A stretch of DNA of 61,415 bases from Gemmatimonadota bacterium (GTDB taxonomy: Bacteria; Gemmatimonadota; Gemmatimonadetes; Longimicrobiales; RSA9): the NCBI GenBank assembly GCA_040905425.1, contig JBBDRO010000008.1, positions 1 through 61,415 on the forward strand. The letters run 5' to 3'. Positions within the stretch are counted from its first letter, which is position 1, and the number at the start of each line of letters is the position of its first letter. Shown piece by piece: positions 10,885 to 19,008 of the stretch. The notes beneath the pieces were generated by a model. That model saw only the letters and a program-made list of their open reading frames with translations, was not told where the DNA came from and searched no databases. The translations under genes and the position numbers were made by a program.

Positions 10885-11613
10885 ATGCATGCCGCCACGC
10901 CCCCGATGGACCGGCCCGACCCCTACGCGCTCGTTTTCGGCGCTCCCCTGTTCGAGGAGGAAACCTTTCCGCACCTGCTGGAGGAGGCCGCCGCGGAGGG
11001 GCTGGAGCGGGCAGGCCCCGCGCGCTTCGTGCAGCTCACGGCCGTGGGGGAGCTGCTGCGCAAGCTGGTGCCCGAGGACGCGCCGGGCGCCGCCACGCGC
11101 AGCCACGGGACCTTCCTCTACCATGCCTACAACCACTGGCGCGGCGGGCAGCGTACGCTGGACGTGGATGCCGCGGCGTTGACGGCGGCGCTGGCGCCGC
11201 CTACGGACGCGCCGCCCGTGACCGTCCGGGTGCCCGCTCCGGCGGGCTACGTCCGCCTGCCGCACCAGCGCCTCTGGGCGCGCATCGAACCCGAGGCCGC
11301 GGCCGAGCCGGTGGATGGGTTCTTCTGGGTGGCGGGCGAGCCCACCGAGCGGCCCGCCCGACTGGACGTGCTGCTGGCGCTGGGCCTCCGGGAGGGCCGG
11401 CCCGGTCTCTCCGTGCTGGAGGGGGGCACGCCGCTCGCGGAGGGCGCGCTGCCGCCGGACATCGCCGCGGATCCGCGGCCCGGTGGGGAGGCGTTCGCCA
11501 ACATCCTGCCCGGCGGCGAGCTGCAGGAGTACCGCGGCCTGATGACCCCCGCCGAGGCGCTCCTGCTGGCGGCGCGCCTCCTGGCCCGCCTGAGCGCGGC
11601 GCGCAGCGGCTGA
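10885..11613 (+). CDS. Hypothetical protein
   Basis: Genome-typical codon usage, fills the gap before nth; TATCAT 6 nt upstream of the ATG. Confidence 0.75.
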   Translation: MHAATPPMDRPDPYALVFGAPLFEEETFPHLLEEAAAEGLERAGPARFVQLTAVGELLRKLVPEDAPGAATRSHGTFLYHAYNHWRGGQRTLDVDAAALTAALAPPTDAPPVTVRVPAPAGYVRLPHQRLWARIEPEAAAEPVDGFFWVAGEPTERPARLDVLLALGLREGRPGLSVLEGGTPLAEGALPPDIAADPRPGGEAFANILPGGELQEYRGLMTPAEALLLAARLLARLSAARSG

Positions 11614-11624
11614 GGAGGAGCGGC

Positions 11625-12290
11625 GTGGCGCTACGCAGAAAGGGCAGGGAGTCCCGCACGGCCAAGCGGGCACGGGTGGCGGAGGTCATCCGCCGGTTGC
11701 ACGGGGAGTATCCCGCTTCGCGTTGCTCCCTGAAACACCGGGATCCGTTTGAGCTGCTGGCCGCCACCATCCTCTCGGCGCAGTGCACGGACGAGCGTGT
11801 GAACATGGTCACCCCCGCGCTCTTCGCGCGTTTTCCGGACGCTGAGGAGCTGGCCGGTGCCCGCCAGGAGGAGGTGGAGGAGCTGGTGCGCACCACCGGC
11901 TTCTTCCGCAACAAGGCCCGCTCGCTCATCGGCATGGCGGAAGGGGTGGCCGGCCAGCATGGCGGCGCCGTGCCGCAGACCATGGAGGAGCTCACCGCGC
12001 TGCCGGGCGTGGGCCGGAAGACGGCCAACGTGGTGCTGGGCAACGCGTTCGGCCTGGCCGAGGGGATCGTGGTGGACACGCACGTGAAGCGCCTCTCCAA
12101 CCGGCTCGGACTCACCCGCGAGAGCAACCCCGAAAAGATCGAGCAGGACCTCATCCCGCTCGTGGAAAAGTCCGACTGGACGGACCTGCCCCACCTCTTC
12201 ATCGACCACGGGCGGGCCATATGCAAGGCGCCCACTCCCCGCTGTGAGGCGTGCCTGCTCACCGCCCTCTGCCCCAGCTCCCGGGTGTAA
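11625..12290 (+). CDS. nth: Endonuclease III
   Basis: LSAQCTD, HhH LPGVGRKTANV, VDTHV, C-x6-C-x2-C-x5-C 4Fe-4S motif. Confidence 0.96.
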   Translation: MALRRKGRESRTAKRARVAEVIRRLHGEYPASRCSLKHRDPFELLAATILSAQCTDERVNMVTPALFARFPDAEELAGARQEEVEELVRTTGFFRNKARSLIGMAEGVAGQHGGAVPQTMEELTALPGVGRKTANVVLGNAFGLAEGIVVDTHVKRLSNRLGLTRESNPEKIEQDLIPLVEKSDWTDLPHLFIDHGRAICKAPTPRCEACLLTALCPSSRV

Positions 12291-12320
12291 ACGCCCGGTT
12301 CCTCTCCCTCCGGAGCCACC

Positions 12321-13220
12321 ATGATCCGTGACCCCACGCTCTTCCCACCGCCTGATGCAAGCGACGATGACGCCGCGGACTCCGGTGCGCCAGCAGGCTC
12401 TGAGGCACGTCCGCCAGCGCTGCCCGAAGACCCGGCTGCGCCGCGCGCGGCGGAGCGCGCGGGCGTGGCCGGGCATCGTCGCCTGACAGGGCATATCCGG
12501 GCCGGTGACCGGGGGAGCGCCCATTCAGCCGGCAGCGCGCGGCGCATCCAGGCGCCGACGCCGGGCCGGCTCCGGGACGTGGACACGGCCACGCAGGCGC
12601 AGCACCTGCGCGGTTGCGCGTGGGCCGGCTACCTGGGCATTCTCATGGGCTTCGTGTTCGCGGCCGTGGCCTATGCCCGGGGATGGAACGTGCTGGTGGC
12701 CTACGCGCTGGGCTGGGCGGTGGGCACGGCGCTGGCATTCTTCGCGGGCAATGCCGCAGCGAATCGAGCGGCCGGGTTTGGCAGCACCATCTACGCGGGG
12801 GGGCGCCCGGGCGCCACACCGCCGGTACGTCAGTATTCGCTGGCCGAGTCCCTCAAAGTGCGCGGAAATTATTCGGCAGCCCGTGCCGAGTTCGAACGCC
12901 TGATCCGGGAGGATCCACGCGACTACGAGCCCGCAGCGCGCCTGGCGCGGCTCTGGCGTGACGAGCTGAACGAGGCCGCGGAGGCGGCCGTCTGGTTCCG
13001 CCGCGCACTCCACACACCCGGGTTGCCGGCGGGTCAGGCACTGCTCCTGCTGCGTGAGCTGGTGGAGGTGCACGTGCACCGACTGGGCGATCCGCGCCCG
13101 GCGTTCGCGGAGCTGGCCCGCTTGGCGCGCACCATGCCCGATACGCCGGCCGGTTCGTGGGCCGCCGGTGAGCTGGCCCGCCTGAAAGCCGATCTTCCCC
13201 GCGACGAGGACACCGTGTGA
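12321..13220 (+). CDS. Membrane protein with C-terminal TPR-like region
   Basis: Low-complexity N-terminus, two TMs, TPR-like helices (YSLAESLKVRGNYSAARAEFE); GTGA overlap with next gene. Confidence 0.65.
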   Translation: MIRDPTLFPPPDASDDDAADSGAPAGSEARPPALPEDPAAPRAAERAGVAGHRRLTGHIRAGDRGSAHSAGSARRIQAPTPGRLRDVDTATQAQHLRGCAWAGYLGILMGFVFAAVAYARGWNVLVAYALGWAVGTALAFFAGNAAANRAAGFGSTIYAGGRPGATPPVRQYSLAESLKVRGNYSAARAEFERLIREDPRDYEPAARLARLWRDELNEAAEAAVWFRRALHTPGLPAGQALLLLRELVEVHVHRLGDPRPAFAELARLARTMPDTPAGSWAAGELARLKADLPRDEDTV

Positions 13221-15295
13221 GCCGTCTTGCCGGAGCCAGGAGCCCCTTTCTCGAGCATGGCGCCGCGCAGCCCGTGGACTGGCACCCCTGGGGGCCGGAG
13301 GCGTTCGAGCGCGCGCGCGCCGAGGGCAAGGCTCTGCTGCTGGACATCGGCGCGGTGTGGTGCCACTGGTGCCACGTCATGGACGTCGAGAGCTATGATG
13401 ACCCCGCCACCGCCGCACTCATCAACGAGCTCTTTGTACCCGTCAAAGTGGACCGGGACGAGAGCCCGGACGTGGACGCCCGCTACCAGCGTGCCGTGCA
13501 GGTGCTGACGGGGCAGGGCGGCTGGCCGCTCACCGCGTTCCTCACCCCGGACGGGGAGGTCTTCTACGGGGGCACCTACTTCCCGCCGGACGAGCGCTAC
13601 GGGCGTCCGTCCTTCCAGCGGGTGCTGCGCGAGGTGGCACGGGTGTGGCGCGAGGAGCCGGCCAAGGCCGCCGAGGCCGCGGGCGCCGTGCGCGAGCGCC
13701 TGGCCGGTGCCGCGGCGGCCGAGACCCGCCCCGGCCAGGTCGATCGGGGCGCGCTGGAGGGCGTGGTGGAGGCGTTCGCCGAGGGCTTCGACTTTCGCTG
13801 GGGCGGCTTCGGGGGCGCGCCGAAATTTCCCCATCCCGCCGGCCTGGCCCTGCTGCTCGATCGCTGGTGCGAGGACGGCGTGGAGTGGGCCGGGCGCGTG
13901 GTGCGCGAGACGCTGCACGCCATGGGGCGGGGCGGCATCCACGACCAGCTGGGCGGCGGCTTCCACCGCTACAGTACCGACGCGCGCTGGCGTATCCCGC
14001 ACTTCGAGAAAATGGCCTATGACAACGGGCCGCTCCTGGAAGTCTTCGCGCGCGCCCACGCCGTCTTCCAGGAGCCGTATTTCGCGCAAGTGGCCGCCGG
14101 CATCGTGGCCCACTACCGGGACGTGGCCCCGGAGCTGGTGGCCGCGGGCGGCTTCCCCGCCTCGCAGGACGCCGACGTGGGACCCGGCGATGACGGCGCG
14201 TACTGGACCTGGACGCTGGCCGAGGCGCGCGCGGCGCTGGACGGGGACGAGCGCCTGCTGGCCGCCGCGCGGGCCTCCCTCGGCCTCGACGATGCAGAGG
14301 GCGCCATGCCGCACGCTCCGGAGCGGCGCGTCCCCGCGCGCACGGCCACCCGTGCGGAAGTGGCGGGTCGACTGGAACTGCCGGAGGAGAAGGCGGCCGC
14401 GCTGGCGGCGGATGCAGAGCGGAGCATGAAGGCAACCCGCGATACGCGGCCCCGCCCCTACGTGGACACCACGCGCTATGCGGGCTGGGTGGCGCTGGTG
14501 GCCAGCGGGCACCTGGCAGCCGAGCGGTGGGCCGGCGTGGCGGACGCGGCGGCCACCGGCGTGCGTGCTCTCGAGCGCCTCTTCGCGGACGCCATCCACG
14601 GCAGCGGCGCCGTGCTCAGGCGGGCTGGCGATCCCGCGTCGGGCACCCACCTGGACGACCAGGTCTTCGTGCTCCAGGGCTGCCTGGACGCGTTCGAGTG
14701 GACGCAGGAGCCGGCGTGGCTGGCGCGGGCGCGGGAGCTGGCCGACGTGCTGGAGGCCCGCTTTCTGGACGCCGATCGCGGAGCGTTTCGCGATCGGCCC
14801 CTGGATGAGCCGGCCGCGGCCCGGCCGCTGGAGGAGGCGTATCTACCGGTGGTGGATGCGCCCACGCCCTCCGGCAACGGCACGGCCGCCCTGGCACTCG
14901 TCCGCCTGGCCGACCTCACCGGGGAGGAGACGCGGCGTGAGCGGGCGCTCGGTGTCCTGGCGGCGTTCGCGGACTCCGTTTCGCAGCTGGGGACCGGCGC
15001 GGGCACGTGGGCGCGTGCCCTGGACGAGGCCACGGGGCCACGCACCACCGTGGTGGTGGTGGGCGGCGCGGAGGCAGGGCCACTGCTGCGCGCGGCGCTG
15101 GGTGTCTACCGACCCCGCACCGTGGTGCGGCATCTCCGGCCCGAGCAGGTCGCCGGGACCGTACTGCCTCCCGCGCTCACGGCCGTCGTGGGCGGCCGGA
15201 CGCCGCGCGCCTACCTGTGCGCCGGCACGACATGTGCCGCGCCCACGGTCGACCCGGTTGAGCTGGGCCGGCTCATGCGCGGGTTCCGCGCCTGA
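13217..15295 (+). CDS. Thioredoxin-domain protein, YyaL/SPATA20 (DUF255) family
   Basis: WCHWCHVM, GGWPLTAFLTPD, GGFHRYSTD, PHFEKM motifs. Confidence 0.92.
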   Translation: MSRLAGARSPFLEHGAAQPVDWHPWGPEAFERARAEGKALLLDIGAVWCHWCHVMDVESYDDPATAALINELFVPVKVDRDESPDVDARYQRAVQVLTGQGGWPLTAFLTPDGEVFYGGTYFPPDERYGRPSFQRVLREVARVWREEPAKAAEAAGAVRERLAGAAAAETRPGQVDRGALEGVVEAFAEGFDFRWGGFGGAPKFPHPAGLALLLDRWCEDGVEWAGRVVRETLHAMGRGGIHDQLGGGFHRYSTDARWRIPHFEKMAYDNGPLLEVFARAHAVFQEPYFAQVAAGIVAHYRDVAPELVAAGGFPASQDADVGPGDDGAYWTWTLAEARAALDGDERLLAAARASLGLDDAEGAMPHAPERRVPARTATRAEVAGRLELPEEKAAALAADAERSMKATRDTRPRPYVDTTRYAGWVALVASGHLAAERWAGVADAAATGVRALERLFADAIHGSGAVLRRAGDPASGTHLDDQVFVLQGCLDAFEWTQEPAWLARARELADVLEARFLDADRGAFRDRPLDEPAAARPLEEAYLPVVDAPTPSGNGTAALALVRLADLTGEETRRERALGVLAAFADSVSQLGTGAGTWARALDEATGPRTTVVVVGGAEAGPLLRAALGVYRPRTVVRHLRPEQVAGTVLPPALTAVVGGRTPRAYLCAGTTCAAPTVDPVELGRLMRGFRA

Positions 15296-15372
15296 CGCAC
15301 GGTTGGATTGCCGTTCCCGCTGCCGCACCCCACTTTGGCCGGCACACATACCGCCACAGCATCGGAGCAAGC

Positions 15373-15930
15373 ATGCCGACACGCGAGGAGGCCCTGGCCC
15401 TCATGGAGGCCTGGGTGGACAACGAGGGGCTGCGCAACCACATGAAATCGGTGGAAGCGGCCATGCGCTTCTACGCGCGCCGCGCGGGCGCCGACGAGGA
15501 GCAGTGGGGACTGGCCGGCCTCCTGCACGATCTGGACTGGGAGAAACATCCGGACCAGCATCCGCTGAAGGCGGTCGAGGCGTTGCGCGAGCGGGACTAC
15601 CCGGAGGATGTGCTGCACGCCATCCTGGCCCATCGGAGCGCCTTGACGAAGGTGGAGCCCGAATCCGAGATGGACCGTGCGCTGGTGGCCTGCGACGAGA
15701 TCACGGGGCTCATCACGGCAACCGCCCTGGTGCGTCCCACGGGGATCGATGACCTCAAGCCGAAGTCGGTCAAGAAGAAGATGAAGGACAGGGCGTTCGC
15801 GGCGGGCGTGGACCGCGAGGAGGTGCATCTCGGCACCGAACTGCTGGGAGTGGAACTCACCGAGCATATCCAGAACGTCATCGACGCCATGCGTGGCATC
15901 GCGGACGAGTTGGGCCTGAGCCGGCAGTAG
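15373..15930 (+). CDS. HD/HDIG-domain metal-dependent hydrolase
   Basis: GLLHDLD, HAILAH, ACDEITG, KSVKKKMKDRAFAAGV. Confidence 0.88.
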   Translation: MPTREEALALMEAWVDNEGLRNHMKSVEAAMRFYARRAGADEEQWGLAGLLHDLDWEKHPDQHPLKAVEALRERDYPEDVLHAILAHRSALTKVEPESEMDRALVACDEITGLITATALVRPTGIDDLKPKSVKKKMKDRAFAAGVDREEVHLGTELLGVELTEHIQNVIDAMRGIADELGLSRQ

Positions 15931-15960
15931 AGGAGTAGCACGAGGTCGGGCCATGCTTCA

Positions 15961-15998
15961 TGAAAAGCGGAGGGGCGGCCCGTCCGGACCGCCCCTCC
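15961..15998 (-). terminator. Intrinsic terminator of the histone-like gene (possibly bidirectional)
   Basis: Stem GGAGGGGCGG/CCGCCCCTCC between convergent genes, followed by GCTTTTCA on the - strand. Confidence 0.65.
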
Positions 15999-16025
15999 TG
16001 ACCTGCCAGGCTCGGTCGCTCGATC

Positions 16026-16586
16026 TCAGCTGCTCGCCCGGTCGATGCGCTCGGCCCAGGCGTCCAGTTCACCCATCACCCGCACGAGATCGGTGGCGGT
16101 GTCGGCCCCCGCCAGCTGGCCGGCAAAGTCCACGAGCACGTCCTTGACGCTCTCGCCGCTCCGGCCGCGGCGCGTGCCGGCGGATGCCGCCTTCTTTGCC
16201 GCGCCACCACGCCGCGCAGTCTTCTTGGCCGCGGCTTTCTTGGTCGCGGACTTCCGCGGACGCCCGCGGCGCTTGGCCGGTCCCCGCTTGGCCGCCGGCT
16301 TCTTGGCTGCCGTCTTCTTGGCGGCTGCCCGCTTCGTCCCCGCGCGCTTCTTGGTGGCCCGCTTCTTGGTGGCCTTCTTGCGGCCGGCGCCACGCCCGCC
16401 TTTGGCCGCCGCCTTGGCACGCTTTACCTGCAGCGGATAGCGGGCATGAAACTGACGCGTGGTCAGCTGCCCGATGCTGGCGTCCAGCTTCGTGGCCTTG
16501 TCCTGCAGGTCGCTGACGGAGGCGTCCGGATTCCTGGCCAGTTCCTCCTTGACCATGGCCATGACGCGTTCGTTGGTGTCGGCCAT
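16026..16586 (-). CDS. Histone-H1-like Lys/Arg/Ala-rich protein with AT-hook
   Basis: AGGAG RBS before ATG 16586; KKATKKRATKKR...AAKK repeats and RRGRPRK between two helical domains. Confidence 0.82.
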   Translation of the reverse strand: MADTNERVMAMVKEELARNPDASVSDLQDKATKLDASIGQLTTRQFHARYPLQVKRAKAAAKGGRGAGRKKATKKRATKKRAGTKRAAAKKTAAKKPAAKRGPAKRRGRPRKSATKKAAAKKTARRGGAAKKAASAGTRRGRSGESVKDVLVDFAGQLAGADTATDLVRVMGELDAWAERIDRASS

Positions 16587-16626
16587 TGCCGCTCCTAGGT
16601 TCGAGAATGTCGATTGTATAGTCGTA

Positions 16627-16654
16627 AGTATATAGTGGAAATCCTGAATGTCAA
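16627..16654 (-). promoter_or_regulatory. Sigma70-type promoter of the histone-like gene
   Basis: TTGACA-N16-TATACT on the - strand within an AT-rich island. Confidence 0.7.
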
Positions 16655-16780
16655 CAAAATCATCATTGTCGATAGTCGCACATTGTTCAAGGAGCGACGG
16701 TAGCGCAGTGCTCGTCCGGACCCCATATTGGGGCGCGCCGCCGGAGGGGCGGCCGGCCCATCTCAGGAGTGAATGGAACC

Positions 16781-17017
16781 ATGAAGCGATTCGCACGCCC
16801 GCTAGCGGGTGCGCTGCTGCTCTGCGCCGCGGCCGCCGGTTGCGGTGACCCGGAGACCACGGACCGCCGCGGCTACACCAAGGCGCCGCTCGAGAAGCCT
16901 TTCGTCCTCATCGGTGGTCAGGAGAAGAGCGCCATGGACGAACTGGGCGAGCCCAACCGGATCGAGCCCAGGGAGATCGAACTCGCCGAGGAGCCGGCCG
17001 ACACCGCCGGTGACTGA
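16781..17017 (+). CDS. Small lipoprotein
   Basis: MKRFARPLAGALLLCAAAAGC signal/lipobox, acidic mature part. Confidence 0.7.
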   Translation: MKRFARPLAGALLLCAAAAGCGDPETTDRRGYTKAPLEKPFVLIGGQEKSAMDELGEPNRIEPREIELAEEPADTAGD

Positions 17018-17025
17018 GAGGCTGC

Positions 17026-17316
17026 CTACATGAACGGGGGCCGGGGTCGCAGTGCCCGATGGAAAAGGGCAATGCGCTCCTTCTCCCCCAGCTCCTGCGC
17101 CCGCTGGAGCGCAATGCCGGGCGGCAGGTGCCAGGCCACTCCGGTGAGCACCGTCCCGGTCGGGGCGCCGCGGTTCTCCCGCTTGAAGAGCAGCGCGTTG
17201 TGCCAGGTGCCGTCCGTGTCGGGCTCGGAGCGAACCCACACTTCGCAGCGCTGTCCGTCCACGATCATGCTGCCGAGGCGCTCCTCAATGACGCCGGGGG
17301 TCGGTTCCGTGGCCAT
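17026..17316 (-). CDS. Hypothetical protein (96 aa)
   Basis: GGAGG RBS before ATG 17316; globular composition; C-terminal part of the long shadow ORF 17026..18834. Confidence 0.75.
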   Translation of the reverse strand: MATEPTPGVIEERLGSMIVDGQRCEVWVRSEPDTDGTWHNALLFKRENRGAPTGTVLTGVAWHLPPGIALQRAQELGEKERIALFHRALRPRPPFM

Positions 17317-17340
17317 GGTGGGCCTCCCTGGAGGTGAGGG

Positions 17341-18729
17341 GTGAGGACGATCATCGAGCCGTTTCGTATCAAGACGGTGGAGCCCATCCGCATGTCCACG
17401 CGGCCCGAGCGCGAAGCCTGGTTGCGCGAAGTGGGCTACAACGTCTTCCTGCTCCGTTCCGAGCACGTGCTCCTGGACCTCCTCACGGACAGCGGCACGT
17501 CCGCCATGAGCGCCGAGCAGTGGGCGGCCATCATGCGGGGTGACGAAGCATACGCGGGAAGTCCTTCCTTCTATCGGTTCGAAAGCGCCGTGCGCGACCT
17601 GTTCGGCTTCGAGCATGTCATCCCCACCCATCAGGGGCGGGCGGCGGAGCGGATCCTCTTCGGGACGGTTTGCTCCCCCGGGGACGTGGTGCCGAACAAC
17701 ACCCACTTCGACACCACGCGGGCCAACATCGAGGCGCGAGACGCGCGCGCCGTCGACCTGCCCTGTCCCGAATCGGGTGAAACGCAAGAGCCGCACCCGT
17801 TCAAGGGGAACATGGATGTGGCGGCGCTCGAGCGCCTGATCCAGGACGAGGGAGCGGAGAAGATCCCGCTGTGCATGGTCACCGTCACGAACAATTCGGG
17901 CGGCGGCCAGCCGGTCTCCATGGCCAACCTGCGGGCCGTCTCGACGGTCTGCCGCTCCCACGGCATCCCGTTCTACATCGATGCCTGCCGCTTCGCCGAG
18001 AACGCCTACCTGATCAAGCTGCGGGAAGCCGGTTACGGGGAGCACAGCGTGGCGGACATCGCCCGCGAGATGTTCTCCCTGGCCGATGGCTGCACCTTCT
18101 CCGCCAAGAAGGACGGCTTCGCCAACATCGGTGGATTCCTGGCTTCCAATGACGCGCGGCTGGCCGAGCAGGAAAAGGACCTGCTCATCCTGACGGAGGG
18201 GTTCCCCACCTATGGCGGCCTGGCGGGGCGCGACCTGGATGCCATCGCGCAGGGGCTCCGCGAGGTGGTGCACCACGACTACCTGGAGTATCGGCTGGCG
18301 TCGGTCCGTTACTTCGGGGAAGGGATCGCCCGGGAAGGCGTGCCCATTGTCCAACCGCCGGGGGGGCACGCCATCTATATCGATGCCGCGGGCTTTCTGC
18401 CGCACGTGCCGCCGCTCGAGCTGCCCGGCCAGGCGCTGGTTGCCGAGTTCTACCTGGAGGGTGGGGTGCGGTGCGTGGAGATCGGCACCGTCATGTTCGG
18501 CCGGCGTGATCCGGCGACCGGAGCGGAGACGCCGGGGCCACGGGAACTGGTCCGCCTGGCCATGCCCCGCCGCGTCTACACCCAGAGCCACGTGGATTAC
18601 CTGATCGAGGTGATCGCGGACGTGTGGCGCCGCCGGGAGGCCATCGGTGGCTTCCGTTTCACCCATCAGGCGCCGGTGCTGCGGCATTTCACGGCCCGCT
18701 TCGAACCGCTCTACACCTTGGGCTCGTAA
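17341..18729 (+). CDS. tnaA: Tryptophanase
   Basis: EPFRIK, DLLTDSGT, THQGRAAE, PLP-lysine SAKKD; LRHFTA (His, as in TnaA, not the Phe of tyrosine phenol-lyase). Confidence 0.9.
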   Translation: MRTIIEPFRIKTVEPIRMSTRPEREAWLREVGYNVFLLRSEHVLLDLLTDSGTSAMSAEQWAAIMRGDEAYAGSPSFYRFESAVRDLFGFEHVIPTHQGRAAERILFGTVCSPGDVVPNNTHFDTTRANIEARDARAVDLPCPESGETQEPHPFKGNMDVAALERLIQDEGAEKIPLCMVTVTNNSGGGQPVSMANLRAVSTVCRSHGIPFYIDACRFAENAYLIKLREAGYGEHSVADIAREMFSLADGCTFSAKKDGFANIGGFLASNDARLAEQEKDLLILTEGFPTYGGLAGRDLDAIAQGLREVVHHDYLEYRLASVRYFGEGIAREGVPIVQPPGGHAIYIDAAGFLPHVPPLELPGQALVAEFYLEGGVRCVEIGTVMFGRRDPATGAETPGPRELVRLAMPRRVYTQSHVDYLIEVIADVWRRREAIGGFRFTHQAPVLRHFTARFEPLYTLGS

Positions 18730-18876
18730 GCGACGACGCCCTGCCGGCGCCATCCGCTCCGCCCCCGCGCGTCCGGCGCCACGCACGCCCCCGCGCGGGC
18801 TTGCGCCCGCCCCGCCACCCGGCCAGTTTCTCACCCCCGATACGCCTTACCCAACCGACCTGCTTTCGGAGCCGAC

Positions 18877-18990
18877 ATGACGCCAGCAGCGCTCATCACG
18901 TTCGCCATCGTGGCGGGGATCGTGTGGGGGGGATTCCTCCTCATCGCCGCCACCGCGTTGCGGGCAGAGGCGAACAAGGAGCAGGACTGA
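18877..18990 (+). CDS. MetS-like NSS transporter small subunit (37 aa)
   Basis: Hand-translated MTPAALITFAIVAGIVWGGFLLIAATALRAEANKEQD; GGAG RBS; single TM with VWGG motif; absent from the ORF track. Confidence 0.78.
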   Translation: MTPAALITFAIVAGIVWGGFLLIAATALRAEANKEQD

Positions 18991-19008
18991 CCTCAGCAGG
19001 ACACGACT

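Noticed and set aside
17341..18729. Tyrosine phenol-lyase; tnaC leader peptide
   Set aside because: LRHFTA favours tryptophanase; only 24 nt separate it from the divergent gene, leaving no room for tnaC
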